From positions 288,001 through 352,000 of the forward strand of contig OY970323.1 in assembly GCA_963716985.1 (NCBI GenBank): a DNA stretch of 64,000 nt, in the 5' to 3' direction. A program made the position numbers and the translations under genes. Positions within the stretch are counted from its first letter, which is position 1, and each line of letters opens with the position of its first letter. The notes under the pieces are model-generated. The model did not search any database and was not told where the DNA came from. It worked only from the letters and a program-made list of their open reading frames with translations. The stretch is from an uncultured bacterium. GTDB taxonomy: Bacteria > Chlamydiota > Chlamydiia > Chlamydiales > SM23-39. Shown here one piece after another: positions 53,762-63,470 of this stretch.

Positions 53762-53871
53762 TCAACTACCCGCGTCTAAAGGCGAAAGAAGGAATCGATT
53801 TTTTCAACATATGCGCACATTTTCCTCCCCCAGCTGAAGCAGGGGGACTCCAATGTGCGCATATGTTGAAA
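53761..53871 (+). mobile_element. Miniature IS200/IS605-type (IscB/TnpB-associated-like) palindromic element
   Basis: Left-end-like tcaactacccgcgtctaaaggcg; right-end-like ttcctcccccagctgaagcagggggactcc. Confidence 0.55.
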
Positions 53872-54140
53872 GTCGCTAACTTCGAAACCGGATAGCCGAA
53901 CATCTTCGAAATTGATATAAAGATTTGTATCCTTAGCCAGGCCCTGATTTTGGCGCAGTTGGATCTGTTGAAAAGCGGCCCATGTTTTCCCCGAACGGCG
54001 CATTCCCATAAGAACCCATGCTTTTTTTACATCCGGGTGGTGTTTGGGAGGGGAAATATCGCGCAAAATGAGCTTTGCAGGCTTCTTTCCCGGAACTCTA
54101 AAATGATGGAACGGAGGAGCTGCTTAATATTGTCTTTCAT
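53866..54140 (-). pseudogene. Truncated, frameshifted AAA ATPase (AAA_14 type)
   Basis: GMRRSGKT, LYINFED.RL; homology ends at the palindromic element. Confidence 0.75.
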
Positions 54141-54239
54141 ACAAAGACAGTTACAGCATAGATTGTCTTTCTCAGAAAGACAATATTCACGCTAACAGTA
54201 TAACGCCCTTTAAATCTGAGCGTTGCGCAATTTTTTGTT

Positions 54240-54302
54240 GCTCTTTGCCTCTTGATTTCAAAAGCTGCCATGGCATAGACGCGAGGCAAAGTTGATCGAG
54301 TT
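54240..54302 (-). repeat. Displaced copy of the 3' part of the trmH gene
   Basis: Aligns to about 57543-57604 with one extra base. Confidence 0.85.
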
Positions 54303-54348
54303 TCTAGCGAATATCATGCTAAACTGGTGTAAAAAAACAAATGTCTTT

Positions 54349-54825
54349 TTATCGCCACCTCAACCAGCTTTTCTTTGGGGGCGGATGTGAAATTTTCCAA
54401 GCACTATAGCCGCCATAGGATAAAAGATAGAGGCCTCCTGAGAGAGCCAACACGAATCCACCCTGAAGCGATCCTTTACATATAGTAGGAGATTGAAAGT
54501 TTATACATTTTTGCACAGCCCAAAGCATGCTGAGTCCCGCAATTATACTCAGAAACCCTCCGGCCATATTTGCAATTGCTGCTGCTACATCTGTTACTAC
54601 ATCGAGGACATTATTTGCTTTGGTTACTGTTGGGTGGATTACAGTAACTACAGCATATACTGTTGTGACAACGCCTGCTGCCCAATAAGGTGCCGCTGCA
54701 TAAGGAATAAACCAAGAGGCAATACCTCCTGCTATTACTGGGATTGCTCCTTTTAAAGCCAGATCCAAAACATATTTTGCACCTGACTTGAAGTCTTCTC
54801 CTACCATTCCAGATGAGGTACACAT
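54349..54825 (-). CDS. Small multi-TM membrane protein
   Basis: RBS aaggag; about 4 hydrophobic segments; basic C-tail. Confidence 0.65.
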   Translation of the reverse strand: MCTSSGMVGEDFKSGAKYVLDLALKGAIPVIAGGIASWFIPYAAAPYWAAGVVTTVYAVVTVIHPTVTKANNVLDVVTDVAAAIANMAGGFLSIIAGLSMLWAVQKCINFQSPTICKGSLQGGFVLALSGGLYLLSYGGYSAWKISHPPPKKSWLRWR

Positions 54826-54892
54826 TTTTTCTGACTCCTTTTTTGGTTAAAAACATTAAACATTGTGCGCAAAGAATGACTATTTCTCAAAT

Positions 54893-56586
54893 GAGTGTGT
54901 TCGATTTGACTTCTATCCCCATTCCGTTATCCATCATAGGGAAAATTTTTCCTTTCTTATAAAAAATATTTTACTTTAAAGCTAAAATTTTGCATAACAT
55001 TTGCGTAACTTGCATATGTTATGGAGATTTTTTCCTGGAACTGCATCATATTGAGACCAAAATTGGATCTTCTGGTAACTTGTTGTGCGTTTTGAAAAAA
55101 CATTTGAGCACAATCAGAGAGGATTCCTTGCATAAGACCGAGAACACCATTTATGCAACAATATTAGAAATGGGTAAAAAGATCTTACAGGAGCATTTAG
55201 ATTCCCTCCAGGACACACCAAATGACTGTGCGTATAACACCCAAGGAGCACAACTTCCATTTAAAGCGGAATCAGAAAGAGAGTATTTGTCAATTTTTGG
55301 CCCTGTTAAGATCAAACGCGCTTATTATTGGAAAAAAGGATCTGGAGAAGGACTGTGTCCTTTGGATCATCAGCTGAATCTGCCGGAAGGAAAGTTTTCT
55401 TACGCTTTACAAGACATGACCCTTAAGCTGATCGCTTCTCAGCCGTATCGCGAAGCTTTATCCACAATCGACAAAATTTTCGGAATCTGTCTATGGCCAG
55501 AAGCAATCCAGTCTATGGTTATGAGAGCAGCAGCTTATGTTCATAGCTTCTATAAAGGAATCAAAAAATTTGAAGATACAGAAGGTTCGGTTATAGCAGT
55601 GACAATGGATTGCAAAGGCATTCCCATGGTTCCGGAAGAAAGATCTCCTAATAAAGAACCAAAACAGAAAAAAGTACGCAGAGAAAAGGGCGATAAAAGG
55701 AAAGGGCTACGAAGAGATGCAGTGGTGACTTCTCATTTTACATTTCACCCCGAATCTCGTACGCCCCAGGAGATGCAAAAAAGCCTTATGCATTGGCATA
55801 CAGATCGAGAACAAGCGGAGTATGCCGATCACAAGAAAGAAAGACGGGAAGCAGGAAAATTGGAGCCAAGAGAACCTATTAACAAAGAAGTTCATGCTGT
55901 GATGGATGGCAAAGAAAAAGCCTTTGAAAGACTTGCCGATCAGATATTACACAGAAATCCCGCGCAGGATAAAAAAATGATCGTGTTGATCGATGGAGCC
56001 TCGGCACTTGAGAATCGCTTTAAAGAAGAGATGACAAAAAGAAAATGGAAGCATCGCGTTGATGCTTATATTTTAGATATTTTTCATGCTACTGAGTATT
56101 TGTGGGAAAGCGGAACCGCCTTATATGGGGAGAAAGATCAAAGAAGACAGCAATGGGTTGCTGACAAGCTGCTTGCGATTTTAGAGGGAAAAGTTGGGTA
56201 TGTCGTAGGGGCCATGAGACAAATTCTTAAGAAAAACAAGCGTGGTCTGAAAGAGAGCCAGAAGTCGATGCTGCAAAAAGTGATCACATATTTAAGCAAT
56301 CACAAGCACATGATGAAATATGACGAGTACTTAAAAAAGGGATATCCGATCGGCACAGGTGTTGTTGAGGGCGCTTGTGGCAGCCTCGTAAAAAACAGAA
56401 CCGATCGGTCTGGCATGAAGTGGACGCATGAAGGAGTACAGGCAATTCTAAATTTACGTGCGGTTAATCAGAACGGGGATTGGGATAAATATTTTGAATA
56501 TTATATCGAGATGGAGCGGCAAAGATTATATCGAACCATCAATGCATCATAAGATTCGGTTTTTTGAAGTCAAATCGAACACACTC
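54893..56586 (+). mobile_element. Complete ISKra4-family IS (1694 bp)
   Basis: Perfect 21-bp IRs gagtgtgttcgatttgacttc; 9-bp TSD ttctcaaat (54884-54892, 56587-56595). Confidence 0.93.
54990..56552 (+). CDS. ISKra4-family transposase (start uncertain)
   Basis: MDCKG, IDGA, LDIFHATEYLW, GVVEGAC. Confidence 0.88.
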   Translation: MHNICVTCICYGDFFLELHHIETKIGSSGNLLCVLKKHLSTIREDSLHKTENTIYATILEMGKKILQEHLDSLQDTPNDCAYNTQGAQLPFKAESEREYLSIFGPVKIKRAYYWKKGSGEGLCPLDHQLNLPEGKFSYALQDMTLKLIASQPYREALSTIDKIFGICLWPEAIQSMVMRAAAYVHSFYKGIKKFEDTEGSVIAVTMDCKGIPMVPEERSPNKEPKQKKVRREKGDKRKGLRRDAVVTSHFTFHPESRTPQEMQKSLMHWHTDREQAEYADHKKERREAGKLEPREPINKEVHAVMDGKEKAFERLADQILHRNPAQDKKMIVLIDGASALENRFKEEMTKRKWKHRVDAYILDIFHATEYLWESGTALYGEKDQRRQQWVADKLLAILEGKVGYVVGAMRQILKKNKRGLKESQKSMLQKVITYLSNHKHMMKYDEYLKKGYPIGTGVVEGACGSLVKNRTDRSGMKWTHEGVQAILNLRAVNQNGDWDKYFEYYIEMERQRLYRTINAS

Positions 56587-56690
56587 TTCTCAAATAATAA
56601 ATCGATTCTTCTGGAAAAGAGCCTATTTCCTTGCATTATATGGTCAGAATTTTGTAACCTCATTTTCTTAAAAAAAATGTGGAGGTTCCA

Positions 56691-56981
56691 ATGTCCAATT
56701 TATCCATTTTTTCACCTTTCAAGGTTGCTTCAGAGGTGGCTTGTTTTTGCTGGGGCAGTTCAACAAAGCAAGAGCCTTTTCTAGAAACCTTAAGAAAAAC
56801 TTTTGGCGTCATGTTGAAAGCTATGGCGCTGATTGGATCGATCTTTACCATGGCAGTAAGCCTGGCATTTTTAGCTAGCGGAGCGGTAACTTCTGGGATG
56901 GTGGGAGCCTATTTGGCTGCTCTTTTAACGGGCTGTTTCCTATACGCCATATACTTTACGTTTGTGCAGAGAAATCAATAG
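56691..56981 (+). CDS. 96-aa Inc-like membrane protein, copy A
   Basis: GGAGG RBS; bilobed hydrophobic domain. Confidence 0.7.
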   Translation: MSNLSIFSPFKVASEVACFCWGSSTKQEPFLETLRKTFGVMLKAMALIGSIFTMAVSLAFLASGAVTSGMVGAYLAALLTGCFLYAIYFTFVQRNQ

Positions 56982-57185
56982 CTGATCTGAAGTTGAGATC
57001 TCGTTTAAGGCTTCCCTGACGATCATAAGAGGTCGTTTAGGGGGAGAGCTCTTTGTCTTCTGATTTCAAAAGCTGTCATGGCATAGGCGCGAGGCAACGT
57101 TGTCTGGAAAAGAGCCTATTTCCTTGCATTATATGAACAGAATTTTGTAACCTCATTTTCTTAAAAAAAAATGTGGAGGTTCCAA

Positions 57186-57476
57186 ATGTCCAATTTATCC
57201 GTTTTTTCACCTTCCAAGATTGCTTCGGAAGTAGCTTTTTTTTGCTGGGGCAGCTCAACAAAGCAAGAGCCTTTTTTAGAAACCTTAAGAAAAACTTATG
57301 TCGCCGTGTTGAAAGTTATGGCGATGCTTGGATCGCTCTTTACCACGGCAGTATGCGGTGCGTTTCTAGCCAGCGGAGCGGTAACTTCTGGAATGGTAGG
57401 TGTCCATTTGGTCGCACTTTTAGCGATCTGTGTCCTATACACCATATACTTTACGTTTGTGCAGAGAAATCAATAA
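57186..57476 (+). CDS. 96-aa Inc-like membrane protein, copy B
   Basis: Paralog of copy A, same length, frame conserved. Confidence 0.7.
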   Translation: MSNLSVFSPSKIASEVAFFCWGSSTKQEPFLETLRKTYVAVLKVMAMLGSLFTTAVCGAFLASGAVTSGMVGVHLVALLAICVLYTIYFTFVQRNQ

Positions 57477-57499
57477 CTGATCTGAAGTTGAGATCTCGT

Positions 57500-58270
57500 T
57501 TAAGGCTTCCCTGACGATTGTAAGAGGTCGTTTAGGGGGAGAGTTCTTTGTCTTCTAATTTCAAAAGCTGCCATGGCATAGGCGCAGGCAACGTTAATCG
57601 AGTTCTTGCATCCTTGCAGGGGAATTTCTAAAAGAGAGTCTACTTGTTGGAGAATCGAAGGATGGATGCCCATCTCCTCATTGCCGAGAATGAGGGTGAA
57701 TTCTTTGGGGAAAATAAAATCATGAAGAGAAAGGGCATTTTTGCCCGTATCAAGACCAATCCAGGGGCGGGGAAGGTTTTCAATTGATGCATTGGGAGTG
57801 GTGGGCACATAAGAAAAACTTCCCATCGAGGTCTTCATTACCTTCTCATTGTCGATGAAGGGAGTCTTTTCTGAAAAAAATACCGATCCTAAACGCAGAG
57901 CCTCCGTTGTACGAAGAATGCTTCCGACATTATAGGCGGAGCGAACGTGGTCGAGATAGATGCAAATGGATAGAGGCTCTTCTACTGCAAGACGCTCTTT
58001 GGATTTGAGGGGCGGTAAGAGATTGTACTCTTTGACGTCATAGCCGGAGGCGCGTAAATGTTCGTGATAAAGATCGGAAATGGCTTCTTGGGAAAAAGAG
58101 CAAGGAGATGGAACATGCATCCACTTGGTCATTTGTAGATAATGAGAGATGAGGGAGGTCTCCTCTTCTTTGTAGAGAATCTTTTCGTAGATTGCGCGTA
58201 AAATTTGCGCACACTTCTTATGTTGTTGTAGGAGGGGCAAAGAGAGAAATTTCTTCTCGGTAAATATCAT
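57500..58270 (-). CDS. TrmH/SpoU family RNA methyltransferase
   Basis: NVGSILRT, LGNEEMG, IPLQG..NSINVA. Confidence 0.9.
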   Translation of the reverse strand: MIFTEKKFLSLPLLQQHKKCAQILRAIYEKILYKEEETSLISHYLQMTKWMHVPSPCSFSQEAISDLYHEHLRASGYDVKEYNLLPPLKSKERLAVEEPLSICIYLDHVRSAYNVGSILRTTEALRLGSVFFSEKTPFIDNEKVMKTSMGSFSYVPTTPNASIENLPRPWIGLDTGKNALSLHDFIFPKEFTLILGNEEMGIHPSILQQVDSLLEIPLQGCKNSINVACAYAMAAFEIRRQRTLPLNDLLQSSGKP

Positions 58271-59850
58271 TTCTTTACATTGAGGTATTCGGACAAAGGG
58301 CCCTGGAAGAAGACAATTTTGTGATCGGATTCAAAGGAGATGATCTTATTGGCGACATTGCCTACAAGATCGCGGTCGTGGCTGGCAAAAAGAACGGTTC
58401 CCTTGAACTCTTCAAGCCCCCAAGCAAGTGCGGAAACTGCTTCTATGTCGAGATGGTTATTGGGCTCGTCGAGAATCAGGACGTTGGGCGTTGTGAGCAT
58501 GAGTCCGCCTAAAAGCAGCCGGGCCGTTTCCCCTCCGGAAAGAGCCTTTAACTCTTTGAAAGCATCGTCCCCTCCAAAGAGCATTTTGCCTAAAATTCCG
58601 CGAATCTCTTGATCCATGATCTTTTCTCGACGAGATTTGAGCCAGTCAAAGAGGGTAACTCCTGGTTTTTTTTCGAGAACGTCGCTGTGGTTTTGGGGAA
58701 AATAACCAATCTCTACGTTATGTCCCTTGGAGATTTTTCCATTATCCGGATCCAGAACGCCTGCGAGCATTTTCAGAAGGGTTGTTTTTCCTCGTCCATT
58801 ATTGCCGATGATCGCAATTTTATCTCCGCGAAGAACGTCGCAGGAGAAGTCCACGATCACGGGTTTGTTCTGGTATCCTTTCGAAACCTTATCGAGGCGA
58901 AAAACGACTTGACCCGCCTGTTTTTCCGAAGAAATGATGCGGATGTAGGGACGTTGGATGTTGGATTTTTTGAGCTCTGAGGGCTGCAGTTTTTCAATCT
59001 CCCGAATGCGCGATTGGACTTGCGACGCCCTTGTTCCGGCTCCGAATTTGGAGACAAATTCTCTCAATTGCGCGACTTTCTTTTCTTTGCTTTTGTTTTC
59101 TTCTTCCGTGCGTGCGCGAACGGATGTTTTGGTGACGAGCATTTCATCATAGTTTCCGGGATAGGTGATGATGGTGTCATAATCGATGTCGGCGATATGC
59201 GTTGTGACCGCATTGAGAAAATGGCGATCATGGCTCACCACGATCAGAGTTCCCTTATATTTATGCAAAAACTCTTCGAGCCAGTGGATCGATTCCATGT
59301 CCAGGTGGTTGGTGGGCTCATCGAGAAGTAGAGCCTTGGGCTCTCCAAAAAGAGCCTGGCAGAGAAGAGCGCGGAATTGATGGTCTTGAGGGACGGAGAG
59401 CATTTTTTCGCGAAAAGAGTCCAAGGGAAGCCCCATGCCAGAGAGCAGCTCTTCAGCCTCTGATTCGGCAGAATAGCCGTTTTCTTCTGCGATGGTGCAT
59501 TCAAGCTCTCCGAGACGCATGCCGATCTCGTCGGTCATCTCGTGAAGTTCCAGCGATTCTTTTTCTTTTAACGCATCCCAAAGGCGCTTGTTGCCCATGA
59601 TGACGACGTCGAGAAGCGTGTCTTGTTGAAAAGCTTCGATATTTTGCTTCAAAAAACCGACTTTTTGGGGAAGGGAAATCGATCCGGTCGTTGCTTCTTC
59701 GAGCCCCATAATGATTTTTAATAGAGTCGATTTGCCCGAGCCGTTCGGACCCGTCAGGCCATATCGGTTGCCGTCATTGAAGGTCATCGTCACATCTTCA
59801 AAAAGGGTGCGTCCGCTAATCTTTTTTGAAATGTTGTTTAGGGTAATCAT
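58267..59850 (-). CDS. ABC-F family ATPase (YbiT-like)
   Basis: Two ABC domains, LDEPTNHLD and LDEPNNHLD, no TM segments. Confidence 0.9.
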   Translation of the reverse strand: MITLNNISKKISGRTLFEDVTMTFNDGNRYGLTGPNGSGKSTLLKIIMGLEEATTGSISLPQKVGFLKQNIEAFQQDTLLDVVIMGNKRLWDALKEKESLELHEMTDEIGMRLGELECTIAEENGYSAESEAEELLSGMGLPLDSFREKMLSVPQDHQFRALLCQALFGEPKALLLDEPTNHLDMESIHWLEEFLHKYKGTLIVVSHDRHFLNAVTTHIADIDYDTIITYPGNYDEMLVTKTSVRARTEEENKSKEKKVAQLREFVSKFGAGTRASQVQSRIREIEKLQPSELKKSNIQRPYIRIISSEKQAGQVVFRLDKVSKGYQNKPVIVDFSCDVLRGDKIAIIGNNGRGKTTLLKMLAGVLDPDNGKISKGHNVEIGYFPQNHSDVLEKKPGVTLFDWLKSRREKIMDQEIRGILGKMLFGGDDAFKELKALSGGETARLLLGGLMLTTPNVLILDEPNNHLDIEAVSALAWGLEEFKGTVLFASHDRDLVGNVANKIISFESDHKIVFFQGPLSEYLNVKK

Positions 59851-59921
59851 GGGAATAAAAAATTGGTTTGCTTGAAGAATAGAGCCATTGTACCATAAGG
59901 AAAGATGCAAAACAAGAAGCG

Positions 59922-60863
59922 TTGGTGGATTTTTCTTCTCGGGTTCATTCTTTTTTAGAATATTTGCGCTTGGCCAGACAGGTCTCCGCGCATACTCTTC
60001 GGGCATATTCCATCGATTTGGAAGATTTTTTTGCGCATATGGCCAAGAAAGAAGAGGGTATTTCGATGGAAAAGATCGACAAGTGGCACATCCGCTCCTA
60101 CCTCTCTTTTCTTTATGATCAAAAGAAGAAAAATCGCACAATTTTGCGCCATCTCTCTTCTTTGCGCTCCTTTTTCAAATATCTGGTCAAAGAAAAGATA
60201 TTGGTTTGCAGCCCTCTGGATGACATCGAGGGGCCGAAAAGGGAGAAAAGGCTTCCGCTTTTTTTATCCTATCCACAGATTGAAAATCTCTTTTCCCGGC
60301 CCGATGTTACTACCTATTTAGGTCTTCGCGATCGCGCTATTATGGAGCTTTTTTATAGCTCGGGCCTGCGTCTAAGCGAGCTGGCCGCTTTGAACCGATT
60401 GGATTTGGACCGATCGCAGTTTTTGCTGAGAATTCAGGGGAAGGGAAAGAAAGAGCGTATCGTGCCCATCACGCAAAATGCAGCCAAATGGATCCTTTCC
60501 TATTTAGAGCATCCCGAACGCTTTTTGAAAACAAAAGCTCACGAAGCGCAAAAAGATGAAAGGGCCCTTTTCCTAAACAAATGGGGCACTCGCATGACCA
60601 CCCGCTCGATCGATCGCAATTTCAAACACTTTTTAAAAAAAAGCGGTCTTGCGGAAAAAATTACGCCCCACACCATTCGGCATACGATTGCGACTCATTG
60701 GCTAGAAAATGGAATGGATTTGAAGACGATACAGCTTCTTTTGGGACACAGCTCTCTTTCTACGACGACGATTTATACCCACGTTTCTTCCAAACTCAAG
60801 CGGGAGGTGTATGACAAGACCCATCCGCGCGCCAAAAAGTCTTTGGGTTTGCTGGAGAGTTGA
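59922..60863 (+). CDS. xerC: Tyrosine recombinase XerC
   Basis: SGLRLSEL, GKGKKER, HTIRH, LLGH, TTIYTHV; chlamydial synteny. Confidence 0.88.
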   Translation: MVDFSSRVHSFLEYLRLARQVSAHTLRAYSIDLEDFFAHMAKKEEGISMEKIDKWHIRSYLSFLYDQKKKNRTILRHLSSLRSFFKYLVKEKILVCSPLDDIEGPKREKRLPLFLSYPQIENLFSRPDVTTYLGLRDRAIMELFYSSGLRLSELAALNRLDLDRSQFLLRIQGKGKKERIVPITQNAAKWILSYLEHPERFLKTKAHEAQKDERALFLNKWGTRMTTRSIDRNFKHFLKKSGLAEKITPHTIRHTIATHWLENGMDLKTIQLLLGHSSLSTTTIYTHVSSKLKREVYDKTHPRAKKSLGLLES

Positions 60864-60980
60864 GAGAGAGCTTCTTTTTTCTCGTGAGAAGAGAAATCAA
60901 AAAGCCTCTTCCGAAAAGAAGAGGCCTCTTTCTGAAAAAACCTGATTTCATCCATCCTGATCGGATTGATGAATCTTCAG

Positions 60981-61481
60981 TTACGAAACCCTGCACTGAA
61001 CCGAAGGCATGTTTGCCCAGAGGGATCGTATTGCTTTCAAGAAAGCAGGACCCTGCTTTACAAGAAGAGTTTCCACACCAATCACGAAACAATGACCGAC
61101 GACGACTCCTAATGCGGAGGACAGAAAGGAACCTGAACTTCGATTGTGGTAGGCGGTAACAGATTCTGCTTGTTCTTTTGCCCAAGGAGTGATCACGCGG
61201 TTATAGAGAGCTTTAATACCATAATGAGCACCAAGAGCAGCTCCTCCTGAAAGAAGAGATAATGCACCGATGTTTTCTGCTAGCCAGAAGCCAATTGGTT
61301 CCCAAAATATAAAGGTGGGGAGGGCGGCTGCATAAAGCGTTAAAGCTGTTGCGAAGATGGCGATTGCTGCCAGAGCAACTACGACGGGTTTTACTTTTTC
61401 TACAATATTTGGAAGATCTCTCTTGTCGAAAGAAACATTAAACAACGTAAAGTTTTTATCTACTGCTGAGAGTGTTGACAT
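60981..61481 (-). CDS. Hypothetical membrane protein (Inc-like)
   Basis: GAGG RBS; hydrophobic hairpin after an S/T-rich N-terminus. Confidence 0.6.
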   Translation of the reverse strand: MSTLSAVDKNFTLFNVSFDKRDLPNIVEKVKPVVVALAAIAIFATALTLYAAALPTFIFWEPIGFWLAENIGALSLLSGGAALGAHYGIKALYNRVITPWAKEQAESVTAYHNRSSGSFLSSALGVVVGHCFVIGVETLLVKQGPAFLKAIRSLWANMPSVQCRVS

Positions 61482-62000
61482 TATAACCTCGTTTAATTGT
61501 TGATTAGAAACGTGCGGAAATTATCCAACTCTCTCATGTTTTAATTCAATTTAAGCATTAATTTTATTTTGTAAAAATTGTTTATTAACAAATAAAGATT
61601 TTTCTAAGCAAATAAGGAGGGGAGGTAGAGAGATGCGTTCAGAGCGTTAGATTGCGATGAATAATGTCCAAATTTCTTTATAATTCGGACAAAAACCTTG
61701 AAAAATGTCCAAAAAACAGACAATTCGGACATAATTCGGACAAAAATCTTGAAGAGCACGGAAATTGCATGAAATTTTCCAGCCCTTGATTCTTAATTAT
61801 TTGTGTTTTTCAAACTGAGATCCAGTTGGGTTTGGAGATATGTTTGAAGAAGCACAAAATGTGCTTTTTGAGAGGAGAGCTTTTTACCTGTTCCACTATT
61901 CCACCAAACATATCCACAAGAAGTTGTTAAAGCAAAAAAAGCGTGAGAACTGATTGGCCAGCAGGATCTTGACCAGATTTTTTCTTTAAGAGAAAAAAAA

Positions 62001-62345
62001 TCCCGGGAGAGCGTTAAGCCGGATTCTGTCTTCGCCCGAAGGCGGAGGGTATCATTCCTCTAGGGAACCTGTTGCCAGATTCCTCAAGCGACCTACTCGA
62101 GCTATCGATGCGAAGAACATCTTAAGGCCCTTTTTGGTCTTGCTCCGGATAGGGTTTGCAACCTCTTGAGTTTCCTCAAGGAGGGTTGGGGTCAGCCAAC
62201 ATTTTCACTCGCAGCAAGGCCGCGACATGTTTTCTGTTGTACTTTCCGTAGCCTTGCGGCCCCCAGTCTTTCACTGGTATCCTCTTCTGTGGAGTCCAGA
62301 CTTTCCTCTGCTGAATTGCAGCAGCGATACCCTGCTTTCCCGGGA
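62001..62345 (-). ncRNA. rnpB: RNase P RNA
   Basis: Minus strand: GAGGAAAGTC near the 5' end, ACAGAATCCGGCTTA near the 3' end, P1 helix tcccggga. Confidence 0.95.
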
Positions 62346-62356
62346 AAAACTTGATT

Positions 62357-63121
62357 TCAAGTACCGGCCCTGCGGCGGCGGCGTTTGGTTGCCGCGGGCG
62401 TTCCGAGCAGATCTTCGCTTTCCGGCCAGAAAAGAATGCGAGAACAGTGTTCGCAAAAGATGAGCCTTTCTCCTTTGCGGACGAGGTTTTCATGTTGCGC
62501 AGTGAGCGAAATATGGCATCCGTTGCAGGTGCGGTTTTCAATAGGAACGACCACGCGGTCTCTTTTGTTGCCGAGAAGACGTTCGTAGATTTTGAGAGTT
62601 TCGGGATCTGCAGCGGGCAGTAATTGATCCCGTTTTGCTTTCAGATCCTTGCCTTCCGCATTGATCATTTGGATGGAAGAGCGGATTTCTTTTTCCAGCT
62701 GCAGGCTGCTTTCTTCCGAAGAAGCGAGGCTTTCCTTGATCTTTTGCAGAATCTCTTCTTCCATGTTTCTGCGGTCGATCAGATTGCTCGTTGCCTGTTC
62801 TGTGGCAAGCCGCTCTCTTTCTGCCGAAGACATCTCATGGGTGAGTGCATTGAACTCATCCACTTTTTTGATCGAGCTTTGCTGTGATTCGAGTTTTTTG
62901 ATGTGATCTTTGATCTCAAGGATTTTGTGTTCGTGGATTTGGATGTTTTTAGAAAGCTCGGTGATTTCCAGCTGTTTGGCTTCGAGCTGGTGCTTCAGAT
63001 CGTGGCGAAGGCTTTCAATATGCTGGAGTTCTCCCTGTCTTTCGCGTTTCAAACGCATCAGGCGGAGCATTTTCATGTCGAGTTCTTGAATCTCGAGAAA
63101 AATTGATAATATTTTGAGCAT
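62357..63121 (-). CDS. Coiled-coil/C4 zinc-ribbon protein (CT398/CdsZ-like)
   Basis: IQELD, CNGCH, CEHCSRIL; adjacent to rnpB. Confidence 0.85.
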   Translation of the reverse strand: MLKILSIFLEIQELDMKMLRLMRLKRERQGELQHIESLRHDLKHQLEAKQLEITELSKNIQIHEHKILEIKDHIKKLESQQSSIKKVDEFNALTHEMSSAERERLATEQATSNLIDRRNMEEEILQKIKESLASSEESSLQLEKEIRSSIQMINAEGKDLKAKRDQLLPAADPETLKIYERLLGNKRDRVVVPIENRTCNGCHISLTAQHENLVRKGERLIFCEHCSRILFWPESEDLLGTPAATKRRRRRAGT

Positions 63122-63470
63122 TTTTCCTCAGGAAATGGTAGGACTTTGCAGGCAAGTGTATCTTTTTTAATGCTAATCATCAAGAAAAATTGAGGGGGCG
63201 GCTCAAAAGGATCCTCATTTCTTTCTCTCGAGTAGAAATGCCGTTTTTCTCCGGGTTTATAGGTTTTGCGAGCGCTTAGTAAAAAAGGAGGTGCAAAATA
63301 CGGCCTTTAAAATATTTTATTAGCAGGGCGCAATTTTTCATTTCAAAATCTTTTTTAGACTAAGAAAAGGTGTTTCAGTTGTGAAATATTTGGTTGGACG
63401 TTTTCAGTTTAGGCTGTTTCAAAAAGAGTTTCTTTTTTAGAATGCAAACGATCATCTCTTGGGGGTCTTT

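Larger units (their letters stand above)
56610..57595. repeat. Tandem duplication of about 493 bp (56610-57102; 57103-57595), each unit = upstream region + small gene + trmH 3' end
   Basis: Both units begin tctggaaaagagcctatttccttgcattata and end ggcaacgtt. Confidence 0.92.

Noticed and set aside
59922..60863. Tyrosine recombinase as an integron or island integrase
   Set aside because: Length, motifs and position divergent from the ABC-F gene match housekeeping chlamydial XerC; no IntI-specific insertion is evident
61660..61753. Possible CRISPR array
   Set aside because: Only two full repeats, irregular spacing, and no cas genes in the window
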